From positions 3,053 through 67,052 of the forward strand of contig CAIXGR010000043.1 of assembly GCA_903919075.1 (NCBI GenBank): a stretch of DNA of 64,000 nt, given 5' to 3'. Positions 10,298-19,091 of the stretch are shown one piece after another (positions within the stretch are counted from its first letter, which is position 1; every line of letters starts with the position of its first letter). The DNA is from an uncultured Bacteroidota bacterium (GTDB lineage Bacteria; Bacteroidota; Bacteroidia; Chitinophagales; LD1). The position numbers were made by a program, and so were the translations under genes. The notes under the pieces are model-generated. The model was given only the letters and a program-made list of their open reading frames with translations. It searched no databases and was not told where the DNA came from.

Positions 10298-10381
10298 AGT
10301 TAGAAATTAGATACAAGAAACCAGAGCCAAGAATTAGGATACCGGTTGATGTTTCCATCGATATTTTTTTATATGCGGCCC

Positions 10382-11194
10382 TTACTTATAGCCTATCCAT
10401 GTCCTATTATCCTTATCAAACAGCCAGTAAATACCATTGGAATAGCTGAAATTAAGTGTTTCGTTTACCGGTGCACCATCGGGTAATTTAAGCACAGCCT
10501 GCATCAGGCCGGTAGCAAGGCTGTATAATTCAATCTGTTTATCAACAATGTTTAGCAAACCAATTTCAGCTCCGTTATACACAATAGCGTTCAAATTATA
10601 ATTCCCCGCCAAATCTTCGGTTTCAATATCAACATCCGGTTTTGTTCTTTTGCCGGGGTGAATGATAATGTCGTTTTCCGCGTTGTTGCCGTCGGCCATT
10701 TTGTACATTATAAATTTAAAGTTTTCGGCATCAAAAAAATATACTGCATTATCCTTTGGCACAAATACGCCTACACTTTGCTCACTAGGTTGCATCATGC
10801 CGGTATATAAGGCCTTTACATCTTTTGGTATTCCTTTGGTATCAAGCAAATACTGTGTCCAGCCAAAGTCGCTATAACCATTGCCCTGTAGCGCATCTGC
10901 TTGTGGGTTATACCATAAACCTCTTACGTCAAACATTGCTTTTAGCGAAGTATCCGATAGCAATTTCCCAGTGGCATCGAACACCATTAGCGGAAAATCC
11001 ACATTGCCTGCCATTGCAGCGTAATATTTTTTTTGTTTGGGGTGCCAGGCAACACTTGCACCATTAGCACCACCCTTTCGGTCAATTTTCAATGTAAGTG
11101 CTTTCGTCAAAACTCTGTCGCTTGCACCTTCCTTTGTTTGGGCATTCACAAAAACAAATGCTAGCATAAAGCCGTATAGTATTATCTTTTTCAT
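10382..11194 (-). CDS. Hypothetical secreted protein
   Basis: 270-aa ORF with a signal peptide (MKKIILYGFMLAFVFVNAQ). No motif was recognised. Confidence 0.55.
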   Translation of the reverse strand: MKKIILYGFMLAFVFVNAQTKEGASDRVLTKALTLKIDRKGGANGASVAWHPKQKKYYAAMAGNVDFPLMVFDATGKLLSDTSLKAMFDVRGLWYNPQADALQGNGYSDFGWTQYLLDTKGIPKDVKALYTGMMQPSEQSVGVFVPKDNAVYFFDAENFKFIMYKMADGNNAENDIIIHPGKRTKPDVDIETEDLAGNYNLNAIVYNGAEIGLLNIVDKQIELYSLATGLMQAVLKLPDGAPVNETLNFSYSNGIYWLFDKDNRTWIGYK

Positions 11195-11389
11195 TTTCGT
11201 GTGCGTTTTAAATAAAAAATAGTTTTAATCTGTCCCCTAATATTGTTAATTTTCTCGAACAATTTCCACTTACCTGCCTGTTTTTTTCAAGGAAAACAAA
11301 ACAGGCTTCCTCTTGGTCATATTTGATTATCTTTCAAATACGTACAACATCATTCATTTCAGTAAATTATAAATTAATATTATGTATGG

Positions 11390-12752
11390 TTAGTAAGTAA
11401 TCACCACCAATCCATTGCCACTAAGTGCAACCACTGTATTGGTTCCGTTTGTAAAATTAGACTCACCACCGGCGCCTATACCCGTTGGGTAGTCGACATC
11501 GCCTGTTCCTCCAGCAGATGCAATGCCGGTACTTCCACCCGCAATTGTTTGTCCTGCTTCCATGGTGGTAAGCGCAAATCCTGTGTTAGTATAATAAGAC
11601 GAGCCGCCGCCACCACCGCCACCATAATAACTAGCACCCGAACCACCACCGTAATAACCGCCGCCGCCACCACCGTAACCATCATACGCGCCTTGGCCCG
11701 TATTTACATTAGCTCCTTTATATTGCGTTCCGGCGTTACCCGGAAAAACGCCATTGTAAGGCGATGTGCAGGATATTCCTCCCCCCCCCGCCTGTTGTTG
11801 TTCCACCACGGCCCCCTTCACTGGCGCAATCGTTACTGGAGCCATTTGTTCCGTCATCTCCATCCGGTGCGCCGCCGCCACCGCCATTCCCCCAGTTTAA
11901 ACTTACCTCGCTAGAACCACCTCCACCGCCAGCACCTGCGGTAACAACATCTGTGCCGTTAACTATTTGTATAGCACTTCTGCCACCGCCTGAACCGCTT
12001 TGTCCGCCAACACCTATACCGGCACCGCCATAAACTGTAGTTAATGTTCCGCCGCCTTGTCCCACTATTATTTTTAATACTTGGCCGGGCGTAACGGTCA
12101 AAGTTCCATGCACAAAAGCTCCGCCGCCGCCACTATTGCCCGTATACGCCACAGCGTAACCCCCACCGGCGCCCCATAACTTTACATCAAGCGAAGTAAC
12201 ACCTGCAGGCACATAAAAATATTGATCAGAGCCTGTGCACGAAAAAAATTGCTTGCCGTGATTGCCAGCACTGGCATTGCCCAGTTGCGATAACATTTGA
12301 AAATTAATACCGTCGTACATTACAGCAACAGCCTGTCCGTCTTTTATATCATTAGCAACAAGATCTACATTATAATTTTTTTTGATTGCTGCTTGTGGCA
12401 TAGCATTCAGCCCCAAAGTAACCGGTCCGGTATTTGAAAAGCTTGCCTTAAAAAAAACCACCATACCCATAGTATAAGCATTGCTTATAGCCGGGTTAAG
12501 ATTAACATGGTAAGTATTATTACTTCCAAAATCAAGCGCAAACTTCAATGAATCTCTTTGAACATAATCAACGCTAACCGCATCGTTTGTTGCATCTACC
12601 GATTTTATGCCTGTTACTTTTGCATTAGTCCCCGTACCGGTAAGCTGTATTTGGTGGTCAATTAAAACTTGCGCATTCAGTTTGGCAGTTGAAAAAATGC
12701 TAATCAATGCTAGCAACGTTAAATAACTGACCCCTATTGTTTTCCTCTTCAT
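11390..12752 (-). pseudogene. Secreted glycine-rich-domain protein gene, frame-shifted at a G9 tract (two overlapping ORFs)
   Basis: ORFs 11736..12776 and 11390..11887 are offset by 1 nt and meet at the C9 run at 11781..11789. The ATG at 12752 gives the signal peptide MKRKTIGVSYLTLLALISIFSTAKLNAQ. Poly-Gly blocks occur on both sides of the junction (WGAGGGY, GGGGAF, VGQGGG, YGGGGGGYYGGGSG). Confidence 0.7.
11781..11789 (-). repeat. Homopolymer tract, C9 on the + strand (G9 in the coding sense)
   Basis: Counted directly in ggatattcct ccccccccc g. Confidence 0.95.
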
Positions 12753-12825
12753 GGTTATTGCTTTTAAACTTATCAAAGATAGTTACTATCAATTTAAAAC
12801 AAGATGAATATTAAAGGAAAGCCCA

Positions 12826-12874
12826 AAAACAATCAACCCATATCAGAATAAAGTATTTATCCTGATATGGGTTG
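12826..12874 (-). terminator. Rho-independent terminator-like hairpin downstream of slyD (possibly bidirectional)
   Basis: A 13-bp perfect stem, caacccatatcag (12834..12846) paired with ctgatatgggttg (12862..12874), with a 15-nt loop. T-rich runs flank it on both strands. Confidence 0.6.
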
Positions 12875-12903
12875 ATTTGTGTTTTGTGTTTTTTAAAAAA
12901 ATA

Positions 12904-13413
12904 TCAATGATGGCTATGGTCGCCGTGCTCATGCACATGGCCGTGTTCTATTTCAACCGGGTTGGCTTCGCGTACTTCAATAACACTACCACTGAAATAA
13001 AGCGTTTTTCCGGCAAACGGATGGTTAAGGTCAACAGTAACCTTATCGTTGTTAATGGCTACAATTCTTCCCTGAAATGGGTTTCCATGTTGATCTTGTA
13101 AGGGCACCACATTACCTACAAATAACATATCATCCTGCGTTTGGCCATTTACTGCAAATACATTTTTATCTAATTCAATCACTGCCTGGTTGTCATATTC
13201 GCCATATCCGTCTTCGGGAGATAAGATAAAGCTGAATTGATTGCCTGCGATGAGGCCGTTAATATTGGCTTCGAATTTTTCGAGCACGTTATTATGTCCT
13301 ACAAGAAAAGAAAACGGGCTTTCTTTATCGGCGGCATCTTTTATTGCGCCATTAGGCTCGGTGCGCAATTCGTACGTAATTTTCACAACAGTATTAGGAG
13401 CAGCTTTCATCAT
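12904..13413 (-). CDS. slyD: FKBP-type peptidyl-prolyl isomerase, SlyD-like, with a His-rich tail
   Basis: The ATG at 13413 gives MMKAAPNTVVKITYELR. Also present are GHNNVLEKFE, LNHPFAGKTLYF and the C-terminal HGHVHEHGDHSHH. Confidence 0.82.
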   Translation of the reverse strand: MMKAAPNTVVKITYELRTEPNGAIKDAADKESPFSFLVGHNNVLEKFEANINGLIAGNQFSFILSPEDGYGEYDNQAVIELDKNVFAVNGQTQDDMLFVGNVVPLQDQHGNPFQGRIVAINNDKVTVDLNHPFAGKTLYFSGSVIEVREANPVEIEHGHVHEHGDHSHH

Positions 13414-13622
13414 GTCAGTTTTTGGGTTTAAATAAAATGTGAGAGGAGAGAAAGTTCGTGCGGACAAATGTTTCTAGGCTCTTACAGGGGCCAAAAATAA
13501 AATTATTCTTTGAGATTATTGTGGCTGTTTTATGTTTTTATTTAATTTATTAACGCTGTGTAAAATATTATAACACACTATGCTATGCCTCATTTTCCCC
13601 GAACAACACCGCCTTGTGAACT

Positions 13623-15293
13623 TTACTTTTCGCCTGTTACAGATTGGTTTTTATTGAAAGACATAAACGCTAGCCATTTGCCTTTTATCAATTTAAAGCG
13701 GCTAAGTCCGCTACTAATAAAAATTAGCAGGTAAGTGCCTCCATATATTGAACCAAACAAATTATTATCTGCCACCCTCGGGCCATATTTTATTGAAAGC
13801 GCCGTATATTCAAATAAAAGAACTGCCGATAAAGAATAGATAAGGTACGCTCTTAACTTAGGAGCCTCCAATAATTTATTCTCATCAAAAAACTCAGAAT
13901 TATTCAATGCGTTGTTCAAAAAAGTATCCCACATCGAAACACCTATTGTAAGAACAAAAATTGACATCAGGCCAAAAGCATTGGCTGTTTTATTAATAAT
14001 CCAAAAATCGTAAAAGCCATGAGCCAGCGCTGCCAGTAAAAAGAAAAACAGAAAATTAAGCACACGGTTGTATTTTCTTTTATACCGGTTCAAAATAAGC
14101 CCATATGCAATTATTGAAGAATCGAACATGTGGCTAACAGTTGCTGCCAGGGCCCTGCCGTGTATTATATTAAGGCTTCCTTCATCAAAATATTTAAGGT
14201 TTTCTACAAAGGCAAAACCCAGTGCCGAAAGCGAAGCATACAAAATATAATCATATGGTTCATTAGCGGCGTTGGTAAAACGAATCAAAAACAACAGCGG
14301 AATTATTTTTACTAGCTCTTCAACAGCGCCTATACCAACAACGCAGTAAAAAAAATCATTCAGTAGCTTACCATTCAAATCAAAATGTAAAAACTGATTT
14401 ATAAAGTCAGTCAAAAAATATGCTCCAAAAAGAAAAAACATTCCCCCGCCTAAAGCAAAAAAAACATACCCCCACTTTATCGGGTCGAACAAATCAATTC
14501 TCCTTAAATACATCATCCAGCTGCCCATTATTAATAAGGCTGCCAGAAAGCCGAATAAATTTATATGTGTCGTTGTTTCGTACAATATTTCGCGCAGATA
14601 TTGCACCATGTTTCCAGCTCTGAAATAATACGCCTCCCTAATTTCTACCGGTACATACTTTTCGGCTTTCGGGTTAGCAAGCAGGGCGCCTAATTTTTTA
14701 CTGTCTCCACTTTTATAATACAACCTACCAAGATTACTATACGCACCCGCTACATATCCATTTTGCGCTATTTCTTTCTGAAACATTTCTTCGGCCTCTT
14801 TGCTTCTATTCCGCTCCATTAAAATATAGCCAACAGAGTTGTTCAAATATTTCAAGTTCCGGTTGCTTACAGAATCAAAATCGAGCAGCGCGTTAGCGTA
14901 GTCGCCCTGCATAATATCCAACAACCCTAAGCCATAAAATCCTATGTCCTTTTCTTCGGTCTTCTGCGAAGTAAGTTTTAAAGTATAATATTCTCGAATA
15001 GATCGGTCGTCGCGATATACATTTTCGCTTTTTTCGTTCTTCTTTTTTTCGGCAATTCTGAAATGGTTATGTAAATATTTATAATGAACATCCATTTCGT
15101 CCGGCTTGTCATCCAGCCATTTTAAAAAAGCTTTATCAGCCGCTTCATATTGGCCGGTAATTTGCAAAAAGGAAATCTTCTTTTCTTCGGTGTCAAATAC
15201 AGGATCCTTAATTGCACTATTCGAAAACACGATAAATAAAAACGTTGCCGCTGTTACAAATGCAAGTGGGTATTTTTCAAAGTATTGCTTCAT
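13623..15293 (-). CDS. TPR-domain / PrsW-family intramembrane protease fusion
   Basis: The ATG at 15293 (MKQYFEKYPLAF) lies 2 nt after the selD stop. The N-terminal half is TPR-like. The C-terminal polytopic half carries PrsW-type motifs (VEELVKIIPLL, GFAFVENLKYF, HMFDSS, HGFYDF). Confidence 0.72.
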   Translation of the reverse strand: MKQYFEKYPLAFVTAATFLFIVFSNSAIKDPVFDTEEKKISFLQITGQYEAADKAFLKWLDDKPDEMDVHYKYLHNHFRIAEKKKNEKSENVYRDDRSIREYYTLKLTSQKTEEKDIGFYGLGLLDIMQGDYANALLDFDSVSNRNLKYLNNSVGYILMERNRSKEAEEMFQKEIAQNGYVAGAYSNLGRLYYKSGDSKKLGALLANPKAEKYVPVEIREAYYFRAGNMVQYLREILYETTTHINLFGFLAALLIMGSWMMYLRRIDLFDPIKWGYVFFALGGGMFFLFGAYFLTDFINQFLHFDLNGKLLNDFFYCVVGIGAVEELVKIIPLLFLIRFTNAANEPYDYILYASLSALGFAFVENLKYFDEGSLNIIHGRALAATVSHMFDSSIIAYGLILNRYKRKYNRVLNFLFFFLLAALAHGFYDFWIINKTANAFGLMSIFVLTIGVSMWDTFLNNALNNSEFFDENKLLEAPKLRAYLIYSLSAVLLFEYTALSIKYGPRVADNNLFGSIYGGTYLLIFISSGLSRFKLIKGKWLAFMSFNKNQSVTGEK

Positions 15294-15295
15294 TA

Positions 15296-16348
15296 TTATG
15301 CAACGATGCGAATCGTTTTGCCGCCTTCTTTTATTATTCTTCCTATTCCTATAGCCATTGTATTTACTTCCATTGCAAGGCGGGTAAACTCTTCTTTGTT
15401 TTCCGGGGCAACAGCTATCAACAGCCCTCCGCTTGTTTGGGGGTCGCAAAGTGTTAACAGCGATTCACCACTTATGCCTTCCACCTTGCTTTCATAGCTT
15501 TTCCAATTGCGCATAGTGTTATCAGCATAAATAAATTTTGCCGCAAGTTCTTTTACCCTTTCCATTAAAGGAATTTTCGAATATTCAATTTCTGCCGAAA
15601 GCCCTGAACCTTCACACATTTCAATTAAGTGCCCCAGTAAACCAAAACCGGTAACATCGGTAAGCGCATGCACAAATTCATGGCGTCCTAATTCAGCGCC
15701 AAAAGTATTCAGCGAACACATGTAATCAATAGCATGTTTTATTTCGTCTTCATTCAAATCTTCTCTTTTTAGCGCTGTTGCAAGAATACCGGTGCCTATC
15801 GGCTTTGTCAGAAAAAGCAAATCGCCATCATGCGCGGTCGAATTTTTCTTCAGGTTTTTTACATCCACCATTCCATTTACCGAAAGGCCAAAAAATGGTT
15901 CCGGTGCATCAATGGTGTGGCCCCCGGCCAACAATACTCCAGCCTTTGCACAAATATCTTTCCCGCCGGCAATTATTTGTCGCGCCACTTCTGCCGAAAT
16001 TTTCTCTACCGGAAACCCCAACACAGCAATAGCCATAAGTGGCTTGCCGCCCATTGCATACACATCGCTCAATGCATTTGCAGCCGCGATTCTTCCATAA
16101 TCAAAAGGATTATTTACAATGGGGGTAAAAAAATCTACTGTGCTAATAAGTGCTGTGCCATTTCCTAAGTCGTAAACGGCTGCATCATCTTTGGTATCAT
16201 TACCAACTAGTAACTTACTTGCATCAACCGGTAACAATAAACCGGCACTTTCCCCGCCAGTGTTTTGCAAAATCTCTTCAAGCACGGCCGGTGCAATTTT
16301 GCACCCACAACCCGCACCATGCGAAAACTGTGTTAGTTTAATTTCCAT
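15296..16348 (-). CDS. selD: Selenide, water dikinase (selenophosphate synthetase), Cys form
   Basis: The N-terminus MEIKLTQFSHGAGCGCKI matches the SelD active-site loop. An AIR-synthase-like fold and a length of 350 aa are consistent. Confidence 0.92.
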   Translation of the reverse strand: MEIKLTQFSHGAGCGCKIAPAVLEEILQNTGGESAGLLLPVDASKLLVGNDTKDDAAVYDLGNGTALISTVDFFTPIVNNPFDYGRIAAANALSDVYAMGGKPLMAIAVLGFPVEKISAEVARQIIAGGKDICAKAGVLLAGGHTIDAPEPFFGLSVNGMVDVKNLKKNSTAHDGDLLFLTKPIGTGILATALKREDLNEDEIKHAIDYMCSLNTFGAELGRHEFVHALTDVTGFGLLGHLIEMCEGSGLSAEIEYSKIPLMERVKELAAKFIYADNTMRNWKSYESKVEGISGESLLTLCDPQTSGGLLIAVAPENKEEFTRLAMEVNTMAIGIGRIIKEGGKTIRIVA

Positions 16349-17372
16349 ATTTCTTATTGGCTTCTGCTATCAATACTTTTGCTATTTCTTCAATATCTCC
16401 TTCGTTAAATGAAAAACGAAATAGCTCTTTCGTTTCTTTCAACGACAACCCTTTATCGTATGCTTTATCATAATAATACAAGGTAATATCTGCTACCTGT
16501 GCAAAATCTTTTGCGTGTAATGCTTCAATAGCATTTTTCCATTTTTCATTTCCCAGCCTTCTTTTAATATTGGTAATTGCCTCTTCCAATCCTTTCATCT
16601 GGTTCTCTCCGTAATCGGCCACCAACCTTTCTAGTCGCACATTTAACGGAAGGTCAATTACAAACAAAGGCGAAGCAACCATGTTTTTCCATAGGTTCAA
16701 ATTCAAAAAAACTCGTCCAATAGATTTGCTTTCATCTTCCAACCAAACTCGCTTGTTCACGTCAAATATTTTCAATTCTTCAGCCAATAAATTTTCGAAG
16801 TGTTCTGTGCTTGGCTGCGGAGGCAAGCCCAACGAACCAAAGGCCGAGCCTTTATGATTAGCCAATTTTTCCAAATCTATTACTTGTTCTCCTTGCTCTT
16901 TTAACTTTCTTAGCACCTCTGTTTTCCCCGACCCGGTTCTTCCTCCAATTACAATCAACCGAAAATTTTTCCCTATCCAATCCAACACATCGCACCGGTA
17001 AGCCTTGTAACCTCCTTTTAAAACATATACCTCGTACCCAAACATATTAAACAGCCATGCCATGCTGCCACTACGCATGCCACCCCGCCAGCAATGCACA
17101 AAAACTTTATTGTCTTTAATTTGTGATTGGGCGAACCGTACAAAGTCGCCCATTTTTTTTCCTACAATATCTAAGCCCAAAAGAATGGCTTCATTTTTCC
17201 CTTGCTGCTTGTAAGCGGTGCCGACTACTTTTCTTTCTTCGTTATTAAACAAGGGCAGGTTAACTGCATGTAAAATATGCCCGTAATTATATTCTCCTTC
17301 CGAGCGAACATCAAACGTGAGATGTTCTTTAGAGAGGGCAAGAAATTCTTCTATGTTGAGTTGATGAATCAA
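16338..17372 (-). CDS. selU: tRNA 2-selenouridine synthase
   Basis: Rhodanese active site CWRGGMRS plus P-loop GGRTGSGKT. The gene overlaps selD by 11 nt. Confidence 0.9.
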   Translation of the reverse strand: MIHQLNIEEFLALSKEHLTFDVRSEGEYNYGHILHAVNLPLFNNEERKVVGTAYKQQGKNEAILLGLDIVGKKMGDFVRFAQSQIKDNKVFVHCWRGGMRSGSMAWLFNMFGYEVYVLKGGYKAYRCDVLDWIGKNFRLIVIGGRTGSGKTEVLRKLKEQGEQVIDLEKLANHKGSAFGSLGLPPQPSTEHFENLLAEELKIFDVNKRVWLEDESKSIGRVFLNLNLWKNMVASPLFVIDLPLNVRLERLVADYGENQMKGLEEAITNIKRRLGNEKWKNAIEALHAKDFAQVADITLYYYDKAYDKGLSLKETKELFRFSFNEGDIEEIAKVLIAEANKKYGN

Positions 17373-17420
17373 TGATGTGGAAATAACTGCTAAGTTGCAT
17401 AATTAATATTTTGTACGCCT

Positions 17421-17438
17421 TTTCTGTGCGCACAGAAA
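17421..17438. promoter_or_regulatory. Perfect 18-bp palindrome tttctgtgc|gcacagaaa upstream of selU
   Basis: Read directly. It lies 49-66 nt upstream of the selU ATG (17372) and 14 nt past the stop of the gene at 17452. Confidence 0.35.
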
Positions 17439-17451
17439 TAAGTTTTGTCCA

Positions 17452-18153
17452 CTAGGGATAAAAGTGCCGAGTGGTATTCAGCGGCTTAACAAAGTTCAAC
17501 CCGTTGTTCAGTAAAAAGGCGGGGTTTAGCAAGCATACAAATACCTTTTCATACCAAGTAAGTCCATTTCTAATCATCTGCATAGTTGCCAAATGCACCA
17601 ACTCTCCTAACACCGACCCGGCCAAGGGTGTTACTATCAAATCTTGAATGCTGGGCCGTTCTTCGCTGCTCTCAATGGCATACTCCCACAAAGTGGAGTG
17701 CAGCATAACAAACAACGACGATTGCAATATCGTTGCCCCCTGAGAACGCATACAATTATAATCAAACGCCCCTTGATAGGGGTGTTCGAAAAAATCAGTA
17801 AGCGCATCATCTTTATCTAAAGTTGGCGGCCGGGTAAATGCTTCTCGGTAATGGTTGCCCACGTAAGGAAATTGAGTGCGCACCCATTTACTTATGCCGT
17901 ATGGAGACAAAAACAACACAGTCATTTCTCCTGCTTCAGAGGCCAATACAAAACCGGTTGCGCGAAGAAATTTTCTGCCGAATGAGGCATGTTGATTTCG
18001 CAACACTGGCCTTCCCCACGAATTCACGTACGCTGGATATGTTTTAAAAATGCATGAGCGTTTTACAACACCCGCACTATCAAGCGCGCTTTGTGCATTG
18101 CCATAAATACATAATATTAATAGAAGCGCGCATATGCCGTTTTTCATTCGCAT
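17452..18153 (-). CDS. Secreted hypothetical protein (DUF3943-like), paralogue A
   Basis: 233-aa ORF with signal peptide MRMKNGICALLLILCIYGNAQ. It is paralogous to 18321..19023. The family name is from memory only. Confidence 0.6.
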   Translation of the reverse strand: MRMKNGICALLLILCIYGNAQSALDSAGVVKRSCIFKTYPAYVNSWGRPVLRNQHASFGRKFLRATGFVLASEAGEMTVLFLSPYGISKWVRTQFPYVGNHYREAFTRPPTLDKDDALTDFFEHPYQGAFDYNCMRSQGATILQSSLFVMLHSTLWEYAIESSEERPSIQDLIVTPLAGSVLGELVHLATMQMIRNGLTWYEKVFVCLLNPAFLLNNGLNFVKPLNTTRHFYP

Positions 18154-18320
18154 AAAAATAAAACTATCGAAAAGTTAATAGATATGACATTAATCAGCGG
18201 ACTACATTATGATTAATTCTTCTATGTGAGTTGAGGAATCTATAAGCGGTAATAGATGCTAAGTTGCATAACTGTTTTTTGTGTACTGATTCTATCGCTT
18301 AGAAATAGACCTTAGCCGTT

Positions 18321-19023
18321 TTATGGATTAAAACATTTGTTTTTTTTGAGCGGTTTTGCAAATTTAAATCCGTTGTTCAGCAAAAACGCGGGATTAAGCA
18401 AACACACAAATAGCCCCTCGTACCACGTAAATCCGTTCCTGCTCATCCGCATGGTTGCAAAATGCACAAGCTCGCCAAGCAGCGAGCCTGCAATAGGCGT
18501 TATCAAAAGATCCTGAACGCTTGGCCGTTCTTCGCTACCCTCAATAGCATACTCCCAAAAGGTTGAATGTAGCGCTGCAAACAATACAGATTGCCATATG
18601 TTGGCCCCTTGCGAACGCAAACAGTTATATTCGAAAGCACCTTGGTAAGGATGTGCGAACAAATTAGTAAACACACCATCGTTATCCAATAAAGGCGGCT
18701 TGGTAAAGGCTTCGGTATAATGCTTGCCAATATAAGGAAACTGTGAGCGCTCCCACTTACTAAAGCTATAGGGCGAAAGAAACAGCACTGTCATCTCTAA
18801 GGCCTCTGAGGCCAGCACAAGGCCCGTGCCGCGCAGAAACTTTCTGCCAAACGGGGCCAGTTGGTTTCGCAATATGGGCTTACAGGTTGAATCTAAATGG
18901 GGGGGGGTATGTTTTAAAAACACATGACCGCTTTACAACACCCGTACTATCAAGCGCGCTTTGTGCCTTGCCATAAATACATAATATTAATAGAAGCGTG
19001 CAAATGCCGTTTTTCATTCGCAT
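18321..19023 (-). pseudogene. DUF3943-like paralogue B, frame-shifted at a C9 tract just after the signal peptide
   Basis: The ATG at 19023 reads MRMKNGICTLLLILCIYGKAQSALDSTGVVKRSCVFKTYPPP and then hits TAA at 18882..18880. The remaining 200 codons (track ORF 18321..18923) are in another frame. Confidence 0.65.
18899..18907 (-). repeat. Homopolymer tract, G9 on the + strand (C9 in the coding sense)
   Basis: Counted directly in atctaaatgg gggggggtat. Confidence 0.95.
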
Positions 19024-19091
19024 AAAAATAGGGCTAATGAAAGGCTGTTGAGTATGACATTAATCAGGGCGGACTATGAGATTTTAACGAA

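Larger units (their letters stand above)
17344..19080. repeat. Tandem duplication, two units of ~870 bp (A 17344..18214, B 18215..~19080)
   Basis: Matching landmarks lie 870-871 nt apart: aattcttctatg (17344/18215), gene start cat (18153/19023) and atgacattaatcag (18184/19054). Confidence 0.85.

Noticed and set aside
11476-12033. Pro-rich or Val/Thr-rich ORFs at 11476..11685 (-), 11549..11914 (+) and 11764..12033 (+).
   Set aside because: They are off-frame or antisense readings of the GGN-rich glycine codons of the glycine-rich protein gene; poly-Pro arises from CCN.
15294-15449. The 52-codon N-terminal extension of ORF 13623..15449 (MRPPNKRRAVDSCCPGKQRR).
   Set aside because: It overlaps the 3' end of selD in another frame and is Arg/Asn-rich. 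The ATG at 15293 (MKQYFEKYPLAF), 2 nt after the selD stop, is the credible start. Similar trimming was applied to nuoK, nuoI, slyD, xth, the PIG-L gene, the histidine kinase gene, the ferredoxin gene and the gene at 49261.
17344-19080. The tandem duplication as a mobile element or insertion sequence.
   Set aside because: There is no transposase, integrase, terminal inverted repeat or target-site duplication. The structure is a simple head-to-tail duplication of chromosomal sequence that includes the selU 5' end.
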